DNA from: a virus
Taxonomy: Duplodnaviria > Caudoviricetes
Reading direction: 5' to 3' (one strand)
IMG/VR virus record: IMGVR_UViG_3300043432_000071
Location: 1 to 41,379 of that record
DNA length: 41,379 nucleotides
Both the position numbers and the translations under genes were made by a program. Below the pieces are notes generated by a model that did no database searches, was not told the DNA's origin, and saw nothing but the letters and a program-made list of their open reading frames with translations. This document shows, one piece after another, positions 8,408 to 18,939 of this stretch (its first letter is position 1; each line of letters starts with the position of its first letter).

Positions 8408-11400
8408 TCAACTATTGCATTGAACGTCCAACCGTACAAAAGTTGCCGTTGCCACTGTATCGAGCTTGATGCCCACAATATCATTGGCCGTTACGCTCGT
8501 AGTCCAGCCCGACATGGAAGTTGAATGAATAGCCGTACCCGATGCCAGCGCTGGCTTTGCCGACGCCACGATTGTGTTGCTGATCGTGGGTATGGCCGTG
8601 CCGGTAGCAATCTTCCAGATGTCAAACGTGACGGTGCCGGCGTCTGCGACGATATTCCAGGCAACTATCGTGCAGGCATAGGGCACGGTAAAGTATGTGA
8701 CTTGCCCCGCTACCAAAGCGTCGGCACTCGTAAAAGTCGCGCCGAAGGAATGCACTTGTGCGGTTCCAAAGTGCCCTGGGCCATAAAATTCCATGATGAT
8801 GTCGTCGGCAGCGCTGCCACTGGACTGTGCTTTACCGATGATTTGCAGGTTAGATGCGATTGCCGTGCTGTCGGTCTGTCCAGAATCCTTGCATCGTCCT
8901 GCGGTTGAGGTTCCAACTATCAGGATATGGCCAATCGTGACAGTGTTATCGGCTATGCAGGTCACTTCACCGAAAATGGCTATCTCGCCCGTATTACCGC
9001 CCGTTACGGTTGTCTTTGCTACACCAACCACCCCTACTGCGCCGACTAGCGCATTACTGAAAGTGTTTGCGCCGGAGTCTTGTTTGATTAAGAGTTTTGC
9101 AGTCCAGCCCGAACCGCCTGAAGTCTCGGTCATGGTCAAAGACGTTGTGCCGAGGGACGGATTTGAGAGCGTGGGCGTGGCGCTCAAAACAAATTGCGTT
9201 CCCGTGCCGGTGAACGTGCCGGAGGTTAGGTTTTTGCTGGCGTCGGTATAGATAGGTTTAGAGGCGGTGAGGCCGGAAATATTGGCGGCAGGGACGGTCA
9301 TCAGTCCCGCCTTGTCCACCTTGAACAGATTTGTCGTACCCGCTGCGCCGCCAAGGATTTGCCAAGCTAGTGAGGCCGCATCTGACGCGGTGTCAGTGAT
9401 AGTAAATTTTACGCCAGTCGGTGCGCCCGTAGTGTTCCAGGTTTGCGCAAGGTTAAGTAGCGATCCGGCAAGTGAGCCGGAACCAGCGAGAGCGGTATCT
9501 AAAACTCTTAATCTAGCCGTAGTTAATGACAAGCCGCCGATTCCCGCAGTACCACTAGCACCAAGAAGTAAGATGCTTATATTATTCGTGCCTATCTCAA
9601 AATTGCCATTATCATAATTAAACAACCAAGCATTTTTGGAATTGTCGATGCCAAATGCTACGCCGCCAGTCGCTACGCTCGTAGTTGCATAAATTTCGGA
9701 CCATGTTCCAGTAGGTTCGTTGACAACCAAGTTGCCAAGAGTCGGAGTTGATGTTTTTATTCCGACATTGCCACCCGTCGGATTCAATATAGTGTATCCC
9801 TTGGTGGCGTGACTTGTTGAATCAAGCGTGAGAACGCCACTAGCCGTAGAATTACCGAACAACGCAAAGCCTGCCGCGTCAATATCTGAAGTCCAAGGAG
9901 TTTGAGAACCACCGCCGCCCGTATCAAGATCGCTCGCGCTGCCGTTTTGGCATTTTTTCAGTTTATTCTCGCTCGTATCGGCATAGATTGAGAAATTGCC
10001 GGCGGCGCAAGCCGGATTAGTGTCGGACTCAGTAAACTCGATGCCCAAACCACTCGTCACCATTTGCCCGCTGAGGGTGACTTTTCCAGCGCCTTTAGGC
10101 GTGATGTTTATGCCAATGTCCGTATCTGATCCAGTCGCAGAGAGTGATACCGGATTACCCGCTGCGCTGCCACTGGCGACGAGATTATTGTCGGTCGTGC
10201 TTCCAATCGTGATATTTCCCGCGCCGTCATCGCTGATACTGCTATCTCCTATCGACGTACCACTGATAAATTTTTGTAGCCGATTTGCCGTAGGCGTGCC
10301 GGAAAAAGTTACCGTGCCGGTGCCAAGGTTGCAGTTTCCCCATGTGCCATCACCGCACCATGCCGTGTTCGCGCTTGCGCCTGTGCCGCTGTTCAAGTTA
10401 GTCACAGGCAAATTCCCGGTCACTTCCGAGGCTAGGTTGACGTTGCCCGCCGAAAGCAATCCCGCGCTAAAGTGTCCAATGCCGGTGAGACTGCCCACTG
10501 TCAGCGGCCCGGTGAACGTGATAGGGCCGGAATATGGCTCGCTGCGCCAGATTTCACGAAAGCCATTACCTGCGCCGTGGGATGAGAAGCTAATTATTTT
10601 ATAGGTGCCAGATGGAGGATCGACCCAGGTTGAGGCGAGTTGGAAGGAAGCCGGGTTCCATGAAATCCCGCCTGTGGTGAGAGCGCCGCCTGAGTTGTTA
10701 AGGACGTATAGGGTGACGATGCTGCCGACATTTGGCGCTCCATCACTTGAAAGCAATACGCCATGAGCCGCCGCATTGTCGTTGATCGACAACTTAAACA
10801 CGTTGCCCTGGCCTTCGGTGATGGTGAAATTGTGGGATGCCTCAGTTATCGTAATCGGTGGCGCGTAAACATGACCATCGAGTTGAAGGATGCTATTGAA
10901 ATATTGTGCCGCCGTGTTTGTTGTGCCGAGGGTGAGGCGGTTGCAACCATAGTTATATCGTTGGCCCCAACAGGAAATAGTATATTGCGCTGTTGGTGTT
11001 GGCGTCTGAAGCGTAGAATACGCGCTTAACCAGTTCATTATGTCATATACAGGATCATCGGGATTGCGGTCTGGTGCTTTGATGAATCCAGCCACGCAAC
11101 AGTCAGCTTGATTGCCGTGGAAGTACCATCCCTGGCCTACGGCGGTTTGAAATTCAATTAGATGATGGTCCGTGTCGTCGCCAGTACCCCATGAATTGTT
11201 AGTGATTCTACCTCTGGCAGACGAACCGGAACCGTCCCATCCTATATAGATGGACCTCTGCCCTGCACCTAGAACGCCAGTCCGTATATCCTCAAAACGA
11301 TTGCCGTCGATCAAGGAAAAATTGGCGTTGCGTAAATGAATGCTATAAGTATCTGCAATCGAAAGACCTTCAAAATCATTGTCCCTGATTATTGCGGTAT

Positions 11401-12283
11401 CTCCTTGGTTTAGATAAATTGACCCGGCTTTTGTGTTCTGGAACTCGTTGCGGGTTATCCGTACTTGGTTGCACCATTCGCAGCGGATACCATAGCCGGT
11501 CATCGCGCCAAGACTACCAAAGAAATTGTTGTCGATATTAAAAAGTAAGTTGTAGCCGCTCCCCGTAATCGAAACGGCATCTAACTGAGTGGAACTAAAG
11601 ATGTTGTTTTTAATATCATATTGACCTGTGGCGTAGGATGTTGCCGGTCCTACCTTAATGGCGTAATCCGCTTGATGTCCAGAAGCCGCATATCCACCCC
11701 AAAAGTGCAGGTTCTCAATCCTTCCTCCGGTAAAACCGCTGTTTGCATCCTCGACATGCACCATCGTTCCGTGATCCGCGCCAATCCAGTTAAGCATCGT
11801 AGTGGCGCGTGATTCACCAACTAAGGAGCAAACATTAGGAAATGACTCATCATTGGTCGTTCCATAACTTAGATGATCCAAGGTTGCAGAGATCGCATAA
11901 ATGCCAGCGGGGAAATAGACAACGCCACCGGAAGGGGAATCAGGATAGACGTTTGCGTGACATGCGGTTATCGCAGCCTGTATCGCCGTCGTAGAATCAC
12001 CCGACACCCAATCATCGCCAGTAGCGCCGTAATCCATTACGTTATAAACAGTTCTAGCCCCACCGCCCCCGCTCACCGTCACTGTGGCCGTGCTGCCGGC
12101 TACCGAGGCCGACACGCCGGAGCCGACGAAATTGATCGTGTCGCCCGTGCCTTGTGTAGTGCCTTCATCCTTAAACGTAACTGAGGTTGGGCCGCCACTG
12201 CCCGTGCCCGGCTGGAATATGCCGCCGGCGTAAAGGGGAGAAGCGAACAAAGTAGCCAAGAGAAAGATTAAGAGTTTTTTCAA
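8408..12283 (-). CDS. Tailspike/tail fibre with right-handed beta-helix (pectate-lyase-3-like) domain and N-terminal signal peptide
   Basis: YNVMDYGATGD...DSTTAIQAAI...GGVVYFPAGIY motif and Asn-ladder repeats; probable TTG start 12283 giving MKKLLIFLLATLFASPLYA|GG. Confidence 0.85.
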   Translation of the reverse strand: MKKLLIFLLATLFASPLYAGGIFQPGTGSGGPTSVTFKDEGTTQGTGDTINFVGSGVSASVAGSTATVTVSGGGGARTVYNVMDYGATGDDWVSGDSTTAIQAAITACHANVYPDSPSGGVVYFPAGIYAISATLDHLSYGTTNDESFPNVCSLVGESRATTMLNWIGADHGTMVHVEDANSGFTGGRIENLHFWGGYAASGHQADYAIKVGPATSYATGQYDIKNNIFSSTQLDAVSITGSGYNLLFNIDNNFFGSLGAMTGYGIRCEWCNQVRITRNEFQNTKAGSIYLNQGDTAIIRDNDFEGLSIADTYSIHLRNANFSLIDGNRFEDIRTGVLGAGQRSIYIGWDGSGSSARGRITNNSWGTGDDTDHHLIEFQTAVGQGWYFHGNQADCCVAGFIKAPDRNPDDPVYDIMNWLSAYSTLQTPTPTAQYTISCWGQRYNYGCNRLTLGTTNTAAQYFNSILQLDGHVYAPPITITEASHNFTITEGQGNVFKLSINDNAAAHGVLLSSDGAPNVGSIVTLYVLNNSGGALTTGGISWNPASFQLASTWVDPPSGTYKIISFSSHGAGNGFREIWRSEPYSGPITFTGPLTVGSLTGIGHFSAGLLSAGNVNLASEVTGNLPVTNLNSGTGASANTAWCGDGTWGNCNLGTGTVTFSGTPTANRLQKFISGTSIGDSSISDDGAGNITIGSTTDNNLVASGSAAGNPVSLSATGSDTDIGINITPKGAGKVTLSGQMVTSGLGIEFTESDTNPACAAGNFSIYADTSENKLKKCQNGSASDLDTGGGGSQTPWTSDIDAAGFALFGNSTASGVLTLDSTSHATKGYTILNPTGGNVGIKTSTPTLGNLVVNEPTGTWSEIYATTSVATGGVAFGIDNSKNAWLFNYDNGNFEIGTNNISILLLGASGTAGIGGLSLTTARLRVLDTALAGSGSLAGSLLNLAQTWNTTGAPTGVKFTITDTASDAASLAWQILGGAAGTTNLFKVDKAGLMTVPAANISGLTASKPIYTDASKNLTSGTFTGTGTQFVLSATPTLSNPSLGTTSLTMTETSGGSGWTAKLLIKQDSGANTFSNALVGAVGVVGVAKTTVTGGNTGEIAIFGEVTCIADNTVTIGHILIVGTSTAGRCKDSGQTDSTAIASNLQIIGKAQSSGSAADDIIMEFYGPGHFGTAQVHSFGATFTSADALVAGQVTYFTVPYACTIVAWNIVADAGTVTFDIWKIATGTAIPTISNTIVASAKPALASGTAIHSTSMSGWTTSVTANDIVGIKLDTVATATFVRLDVQCNS

Positions 12284-12284
12284 T

Positions 12285-15200
12285 TCAGTAATCTCCACCG
12301 GGATATGCCACTTCCAAATTCAACACTCCCCATTTATTCAGGTTGTCCCTTTCTTCTGGCAACAATTTCTCCATTAAACCTAAAGCCTCTTGGAATTGTT
12401 GTTCTGCTGCCGGGCGTTCACTCGGCGTCAATTTGGATAGATATTTTTCCGATTGCGCCTCCATTATCTTTCGCGCAAGGACCGGGTTTTCTACCATCGT
12501 TGCGGTTTCCGCCGCCTTGCGTGCCTGAGATAAATAATCCATGAAAAGCTCTCTCTGATGAGGATAAGGACGCGATTGATATTCGGGAGTACCTAGCAGG
12601 GTTTTTTGAATCCCGGTTTCAGGATGTCGTAAAATGTTTTTGTAAATCACCTGCCAGCGGTCGCGTTCTTCTGCTGATAGTTCTACCGGCAATGCGTCCC
12701 CCGGCATCGGTGCCGCGATGTCAAAATCGTCCCTTAGCTTTCCACCGATAGACCAAGGGAAAGTCGGTATTTTGACTTGCAACCGCGCCCCTTCTTTTTT
12801 CACTGGGTCGGTTTCGTAATCTTTGGAGGTCAAAGGACTCACTAAACCAAGCCACGGGTTAGCAATCGCCTGCGGTATTAGGATTGGATCGCCGTAGCCG
12901 TCCCGTAACGGCTTTAGTCCTTCTGAATATCCCCACACGCGGGAACGGACCTGATCGACAACGCCCCGCGCTTCGCGCCGCAATGGATCAACAATGGTTT
13001 TTATCGAGGACATCAAAGGTCCGCCGCTTGCCATCGTAACCGCAGGTCCGGTTAGGATTCGCATAGCACTAGGTCCGGGTTCCTCCCCGACACGAACAGC
13101 GCCAAGCAATTCCACCGCATCGCCTACTGTCTGCCAATAGGTCTTATCTACTATGTCCCTAGTGCCCGATAGGGCGATTGCCATTGCCGTCTGTTCTGCC
13201 GTGGGATCGTCAAGTTGATTGCGAATCTCGGCAAAGTCGGCAATCAAGCCCAACGGCGTCGTAGCCGGTTCAATGTTGGTCAATGGATACCATCCGCCTT
13301 TACCCATAATCGAGTAAGGCTGTTTAGTTGCCATCCAAGTCTTTCTAAGTTGCGGGTCCACCGGCCCCCCGCCAGTCAACAAGCCTTGTTGCGCCAATCC
13401 GTACCAGAACATCCCCATCATGTTTGATAACGTGAGCCGCCCTATCGCCATGTCGGCACGCGCACCGCCGGCAAGAATGTCGGCGTAAAGTGATTGACTA
13501 AGAAATTGCAAACCAGGCGTTCTATTCCATGCGTATTTTGCCAAGTTTATCGGCGTTTTCATAAATGGGAACAACAACGCTAATGGACCGCTTTGCAGCA
13601 ACCGTTGTGCGTGTTTTCCGATAGTGCCGAGGTCATTCTGAAAGGTTTGCTCCAACGCAAAGGCTTTGGCGTGAGTGAACATTTCTTCTGTCGGCACAGT
13701 CATACGTCGAGCAACGTAGTCGGCTAATTTCTGTCCGGTCAGTCCTTGATGAGTTCCGGCTGTGATTGCGGTTGCGTACATATCGCCACGGGCCAAGACG
13801 GTTTTGAAAAAGTTATCCATTCCCCGTAGGGTGTCCGTTGGGACGTTAATAATTCGGCCTAACTTCCCCGGAATCAAATGCGGGATAAAATCCAGTTTCG
13901 TCATTTCTTCCGGTGAGACACGTTTGTACGCATCGGCAAACGCCTTGAATCCATCCCCTAGAGCCGCCGTCATCCCTTGGATTTGCGCCGCACCACCACC
14001 GCGAACCAATCCCTTTTCTTCGATTGACAACCAACCACCCAACTCGCGCTCGGTAGCCGAGGTCAGCGCGGCAAAACTATTGCCGAGAAAGTTTCTAACC
14101 TGCGTTAAGGGTCGGGCAAGCAAGGTATTGATATAAACTTCTTTGGCTTTGTCCCACCATGTACCGCCTTTTGCTAATTCCTCCGCGCCTTGGATCTGTA
14201 ACGCTTTGAGTTTTCCTGGTTCGTCGGCGAGAGCTAAAATATCTTCCGCCATCGTGCGTCGAGCAGCGTCCAAGTCCAGTTTTGCCATGCTCTCCGGGTC
14301 CCAACCTTTAAGCATGTTAGTAACGGCTTTCATCGGCGGGGTTTCTTTGAGTATCTCAACGGCACGGCCTGCGGTCACTTCGGATGCCCTGAATTTTGGC
14401 GTGTAGCCAAAATAATCTATGAGCATTTTATCAAGTATCGGGCCTGCGTCCGCTTCCCCGGCTAAAACTCGTTTAGCCGTGCCAATCAAATTATCCGTAG
14501 GCCCATCAAGCGCCTTTAAGAACCCCGCCATTTCCGCTTCACTTAGCGCCTTGAACATCGGCAGTTTCTTCAAATCCTCAATAGTCAAACCAAGTTTTTC
14601 CGCTTCGGCAAGAGTTACGGTGTGGGATTTAGTAGCCGTGATGCCTTCCATCTCGCGCTTGAATGCGCGGAGAGCCTTGTAGAAATCGTCGGCTGGAACA
14701 GCGATTTTAGCCGCACCCTCAACGCCCTGCTCAATAACCCCCTCTGCTTTTAGCCCTTGCTGTAATGCGTCTTGGGCAATCTTCTCAACTTGTTTTATGG
14801 TTTGCGCCGCCTCTGCTACTTTAGCCGCTTCCCCTACCGCCTGTGCTCCTTTCACCGCCTTACCAATTCCCTGAATACCCTTGGCTAATGATCGCGCCGC
14901 AGCGCCTATCGGCAAGAATCCACTCCCCACGTCCACCGAAACATTGATAACCTTGGCAAGCCCAGGGGATGCCCCGGCGTCTAGCGCCCATAACTCGGCC
15001 TGCTTACCGTTTACTTCACCGAAAGCGTTTATAGCCGAGGTGAGAATTTGAATCTCACCCCATATCGCCTTACCATAGTTCTTGAAGTTTTCGCCTACGC
15101 TTTTATCTTGTCCAGCCGTGGTAGCTTCAACGAAATTGTCCCATCCCTCTTGAATGTGCTTGACCGTTTGGTGAAGCATGGCCTTAGCATAGCCCTGGTC

Positions 15201-15335
15201 CAGCAAGATATTGGCGAGTTGATCCCCGGCAAGCCTGCGCATCTTGTCATTACGCTCTGCCGCCGTAATATAGCCAGCGCGATACGTCGCATTGATGTCA
15301 TCGGCGCTTGGTAGTTTCTTTTGAATTTGCGGCAT
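12285..15335 (-). CDS. Large internal virion/ejection protein (T7 gp16-like position)
   Basis: 1016 aa, helical; LLFPFMKTPINL, GLLTGGGP...W..TKQPYSI motifs typical of podophage core proteins. Confidence 0.8.
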   Translation of the reverse strand: MPQIQKKLPSADDINATYRAGYITAAERNDKMRRLAGDQLANILLDQGYAKAMLHQTVKHIQEGWDNFVEATTAGQDKSVGENFKNYGKAIWGEIQILTSAINAFGEVNGKQAELWALDAGASPGLAKVINVSVDVGSGFLPIGAAARSLAKGIQGIGKAVKGAQAVGEAAKVAEAAQTIKQVEKIAQDALQQGLKAEGVIEQGVEGAAKIAVPADDFYKALRAFKREMEGITATKSHTVTLAEAEKLGLTIEDLKKLPMFKALSEAEMAGFLKALDGPTDNLIGTAKRVLAGEADAGPILDKMLIDYFGYTPKFRASEVTAGRAVEILKETPPMKAVTNMLKGWDPESMAKLDLDAARRTMAEDILALADEPGKLKALQIQGAEELAKGGTWWDKAKEVYINTLLARPLTQVRNFLGNSFAALTSATERELGGWLSIEEKGLVRGGGAAQIQGMTAALGDGFKAFADAYKRVSPEEMTKLDFIPHLIPGKLGRIINVPTDTLRGMDNFFKTVLARGDMYATAITAGTHQGLTGQKLADYVARRMTVPTEEMFTHAKAFALEQTFQNDLGTIGKHAQRLLQSGPLALLFPFMKTPINLAKYAWNRTPGLQFLSQSLYADILAGGARADMAIGRLTLSNMMGMFWYGLAQQGLLTGGGPVDPQLRKTWMATKQPYSIMGKGGWYPLTNIEPATTPLGLIADFAEIRNQLDDPTAEQTAMAIALSGTRDIVDKTYWQTVGDAVELLGAVRVGEEPGPSAMRILTGPAVTMASGGPLMSSIKTIVDPLRREARGVVDQVRSRVWGYSEGLKPLRDGYGDPILIPQAIANPWLGLVSPLTSKDYETDPVKKEGARLQVKIPTFPWSIGGKLRDDFDIAAPMPGDALPVELSAEERDRWQVIYKNILRHPETGIQKTLLGTPEYQSRPYPHQRELFMDYLSQARKAAETATMVENPVLARKIMEAQSEKYLSKLTPSERPAAEQQFQEALGLMEKLLPEERDNLNKWGVLNLEVAYPGGDY

Positions 15336-16666
15336 CAGTAACCTATTACGTCTTTCATTTTTTCTGGTGTCGCCTCAACCTTCGCCTTAGTCTCCGTCTT
15401 TGATCCCTGGATAATAGGCTTTGGATCAAGACCTTTTCTAACTGCCTGGTCGATTTTAGCCTTATCCTGCTTCCGTTTGGCAGCAGAACCAGGAATGTTA
15501 AACGGTGGTTGAGGATTGTCTGCATCGTACTCCGTTTGCGCTGCACGACTAGCCTGATTGATTCTGGACGCGTCAATTCCGGTCATTGTTCGTTCATCTG
15601 TCTGTAATTCGTTGAACGCTTTATCAATTAGTGCGTTGGGACCAACTTGAGTCCTTCTGAAGTGCTGAAGTTGTTGACGCGCTGCGTTGATACGACCAAA
15701 GCTCGACGGCCCCGAATGATATTCTTCCATGATCGCCCGAACCTGATTAGAACCGGCCCCCGATGGCGGATTGTCGTTGATAGCTTTAACTGAACGCGCC
15801 TCGGCAGCGGTAACATAGGGATGCTTGCCGTCGAGCATGTCCTGTATTTCGCTATCTAATAGATCGCCGCGATTTGCCCGCGCGTTGACTTCCTGCGTGG
15901 CCTGATATTTTTGTTGATTAAACACCGCCTCTTTGCGCCGGTCATCCTTAAAATCTTTGTCTCTTGCCGCTTCGCGTAGTTTTACAACTTGATCTTCGCC
16001 AAGCCGGTTAAATTCCCCTTTATCGGCGGCAGTAAAGAAAGCGGACGTATCAATTAAAATCAGCGCATTGGCTCGCTTGGTCAAAACAGTTTTGTCGAAG
16101 TCGAGAATTTTATCAGCCGCCTGCTTATAAGTTAGAAATCCCTTTGTCGTTAAATCGCCAACGAGATTGCTAAAACTATCGTAGATAGCCGTTCGACTTT
16201 TTTCATCGCCGACCATTGACGCTGACTGACTCATCTGAGAGGCGGCAACATCAAGATTGGCAAGTCCCACGTCCTTTTTCTTCTCAAAATACCCCACCGC
16301 CGCGTGTTGCCGGGCCGCGATAACATCGTTCGCCAAACTGGCCTCAATCGCCCTTCTATTTCTTGGCGTTGTTGCCTGCGCCAACGTGGCATCGTAGGTC
16401 TGTTGGACATCATTCAGTACATTGGCCTTGTATTCTTCAGGATCGGCGTACTTTATCTTCGCGTCACTAAGCGCCGCCTGCATTCCTGCGCTGCCCTCGT
16501 TGACTAACTTGGTTCGTTCCGCCGCGTCGGCCCCGGCCTGAATGTTGGAAAATAACTCACCGACACCCTGAAATGCTTTTTCAAGCTCGTTCCAAGCCTG
16601 TCCGCGTTGTCCACGCGGGACGCCGATAGGCTGTTGCAGTTCTGGAACTAAGGGTAAGGTAGGCAT
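15335..16666 (-). CDS. Internal virion/ejection protein (T7 gp15-like position)
   Basis: Helical Ala/Gln-rich 443 aa, Pro-rich N-terminus, directly upstream of the gp16-like gene. Confidence 0.7.
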   Translation of the reverse strand: MPTLPLVPELQQPIGVPRGQRGQAWNELEKAFQGVGELFSNIQAGADAAERTKLVNEGSAGMQAALSDAKIKYADPEEYKANVLNDVQQTYDATLAQATTPRNRRAIEASLANDVIAARQHAAVGYFEKKKDVGLANLDVAASQMSQSASMVGDEKSRTAIYDSFSNLVGDLTTKGFLTYKQAADKILDFDKTVLTKRANALILIDTSAFFTAADKGEFNRLGEDQVVKLREAARDKDFKDDRRKEAVFNQQKYQATQEVNARANRGDLLDSEIQDMLDGKHPYVTAAEARSVKAINDNPPSGAGSNQVRAIMEEYHSGPSSFGRINAARQQLQHFRRTQVGPNALIDKAFNELQTDERTMTGIDASRINQASRAAQTEYDADNPQPPFNIPGSAAKRKQDKAKIDQAVRKGLDPKPIIQGSKTETKAKVEATPEKMKDVIGY

Positions 16667-18063
16667 CAGGGATTAAGCCTCACAAATCCGTAATCAGTTA
16701 TTATTCCCAGGCTCGCATGATTTGCACTAGGCTCGGCAGTAATTTTAAGAGCCAATGGCCCCGTGCTATCTTCGGCAATCCCGGCCAAACCGCTAGTAAT
16801 TGAGGCAAAGGCTGAATTTGTGCTAGATAGTCTAACGGTCGCGGCTGACACTTGAGCGTTAGTTGCCCCTGCGCCACTTACGTTGCAGTTAATAGTGCCG
16901 ACCAAATTGGAACCCGTTGAACCGTTACCCACTACCATCGCAGCCACTTCGGTTGTGCCGTAGTAACAACGGATGGTGATGATATTACCGCTTGTGTTAT
17001 CGTCGAAATCCTTGATTCTGAGATACATTTCCAGCGTAGAATTAGTACCAAGGGTATTGGCCGGAACCGTGTAACTGTATAGGTCTGTTTCTGACGTTGT
17101 GCTTCTAACTTCGGTGGTAGCAGTCGATTTATCTAAAATAGATACACCCGTCGAGGCGATGCCCATGCAAGTCTCTGTTCCAGCCGAGTCTTTGCCGCAA
17201 ATCTGGTTTGTTCCCGTCTTGGCGTATAGCCGCACCTTACCCGCTGCCGGCGATGAAGGTGCCGCAATAGCGGTATGATCCATGTAACCGCTGGCCGAGT
17301 TTGTGTTATCCAATACCTTATTTTGAACAGTATCGGCGCTAGTGGGTGTAAAGGTACTCGCGTTAATCGTGCAGTCGGTTCGGGTAGCCCCGGCATTATC
17401 GACACAAGCTACGCCGGTTCCGGTAAAGTTCACCTTAGCGCGTTGGGTCAAATCCGATGCCTCATCCTGAATCGTGCCATAGCCGGCACCCGGTTCGCCT
17501 TGCGGTCCTTGCGCCCCGGTAGCGTCGGCGGTTTCAAGCGCCGTTCCCGCAGCGTTCCAGCGAAGATACTTGCTTGCTGCTGGTTCAGGAAATGCGATGT
17601 CCTTGGTTGAAGATTGTTTAGCAAACTTTGGTGCCCGTCCAATTTGTTCAGCCTGCATCCGAGACTGCAAGGCTAAAAGGTCATAGTCTCTTTCCACGCG
17701 GGAACTAGGAAATCCTTCATTGAGCGTATAGGTCGATCCTTGGGTAATCGGCATTTTCAAAAGGATCGAAACCTTGTATCCGCTGGTCGGCGCAACGCCA
17801 AAGGTAACGCTTCCGCCGCCTGCGTCACCAATTCCCGAAACGGTGTAGTCCGTGTCCACCGTTTTTGTCGTTGCCGTGCCGCCTGTATCAGTGACAATAA
17901 CCTCAAGATGAGATTTATCGAAAATCCGGCAAGTGTAAACAAACGCAGTTCCGCCCGCCGCCGTGTAGTCGTTGCGGCCCGCGCAATCGTTGACGGTTCC
18001 ACGGCTGATAACCGGCAAACAAAGCAAAGATAAGATAAGAATAGTCCTAAATGCACTTCGCAT
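16666..18063 (-). CDS. Tail fibre with T7-gp17-like N-terminal attachment domain, preceded by a signal peptide
   Basis: SD AGGAG then ATG 18063: MRSAFRTILILSLLCLPVISRG|TVNDCAGRNDYTAAGGTAFVYTCRIFDKSHLEV...DYTVSG...FP...ERDYDLL; short collagen-like GAQGPQGEPG. Confidence 0.85.
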   Translation of the reverse strand: MRSAFRTILILSLLCLPVISRGTVNDCAGRNDYTAAGGTAFVYTCRIFDKSHLEVIVTDTGGTATTKTVDTDYTVSGIGDAGGGSVTFGVAPTSGYKVSILLKMPITQGSTYTLNEGFPSSRVERDYDLLALQSRMQAEQIGRAPKFAKQSSTKDIAFPEPAASKYLRWNAAGTALETADATGAQGPQGEPGAGYGTIQDEASDLTQRAKVNFTGTGVACVDNAGATRTDCTINASTFTPTSADTVQNKVLDNTNSASGYMDHTAIAAPSSPAAGKVRLYAKTGTNQICGKDSAGTETCMGIASTGVSILDKSTATTEVRSTTSETDLYSYTVPANTLGTNSTLEMYLRIKDFDDNTSGNIITIRCYYGTTEVAAMVVGNGSTGSNLVGTINCNVSGAGATNAQVSAATVRLSSTNSAFASITSGLAGIAEDSTGPLALKITAEPSANHASLGIITDYGFVRLNP

Positions 18064-18071
18064 AATTGCTC

Positions 18072-18242
18072 CTACTTTACCCACTGAGACAACATCGAAC
18101 CACGATCCATGATACCGGCTGCTTCTAGCGCCTTGCCCGGAGTCAACGCAGGCTCAACGATCTTTCTGACACTTGGCGGCAATATCTTTTGAGTCAACAT
18201 CAAGGTCGGATCTTTAGTGGCAATACTCATCAACTGCGCCAT
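18072..18242 (-). CDS. 56-aa hypothetical virion microprotein
   Basis: MAQLMSIATKDPTLMLTQKILPPSVRKIVEPALTPGKALEAAGIMDRGSMLSQWVK; fills the gap between flanking genes exactly. Confidence 0.55.
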   Translation of the reverse strand: MAQLMSIATKDPTLMLTQKILPPSVRKIVEPALTPGKALEAAGIMDRGSMLSQWVK

Positions 18243-18243
18243 A

Positions 18244-18939
18244 TTATACCCACTTACTGAGCAATGATGTCACTGGCGGAATTACCGCCCCGGCCATTGA
18301 ACCAACCGAAGTATATCCCGACGCTTCCATCGACCGGGTATCGGCTTCCATAGTCGCCATTTTGCGTGCTCGCGTTGCGTTTCTAACCGCCGTGTCTAAG
18401 TTGGCGAGCATCATCGTCAGTGGACTCCCGGAACTTGCTTCAATGCCTGATGCCGCCGCTATCGCATGGCCCTTGGCGGTAATTTCCTGGCCCTTTTCCA
18501 TTTCCTGCGCTGCACGCAACCGGCCTTGAGCGCGAAGCATTGCCGCCTCTGCGTTGGCCTGTCCTGCTGCCGAGAGCCGGGAACTGATACCGGATAGAAG
18601 TTGACCGCCACTTGATATTGCTTGCAACCAAGTCGGTATCGAGGCCATCAGACCGCCGCCAGCAGCAAGGGAACCTGCGGCCAAAGAACCAGCCGCCGTG
18701 GTGCCCATGATCGACGCCGCCGTGCCGCCGAGAGCAGCCGGCGCTATTGCCGCCGTTGCGCCAAGTACAGACCCTAAGCCACCTAGCGCACCCGCCGCCG
18801 CCGTACCCGCGACGGTTGCACCCGTGGCCGCTGCCGCCATTGCGCCGCCAGCCGCCGAAGCAGCTCCGATAGTGGCCGCCGTACCCGCTGCCGCCGATCC
18901 TATTCCTATCGCTGCCGGTATCGCCGCTAAAAATGGCAT
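18244..18939 (-). CDS. Small ejection protein (T7 gp14-like)
   Basis: Ala/Gly-rich hydrophobic N-terminus; AASGIEASSGSPL motif. Confidence 0.8.
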   Translation of the reverse strand: MPFLAAIPAAIGIGSAAAGTAATIGAASAAGGAMAAAATGATVAGTAAAGALGGLGSVLGATAAIAPAALGGTAASIMGTTAAGSLAAGSLAAGGGLMASIPTWLQAISSGGQLLSGISSRLSAAGQANAEAAMLRAQGRLRAAQEMEKGQEITAKGHAIAAASGIEASSGSPLTMMLANLDTAVRNATRARKMATMEADTRSMEASGYTSVGSMAGAVIPPVTSLLSKWV

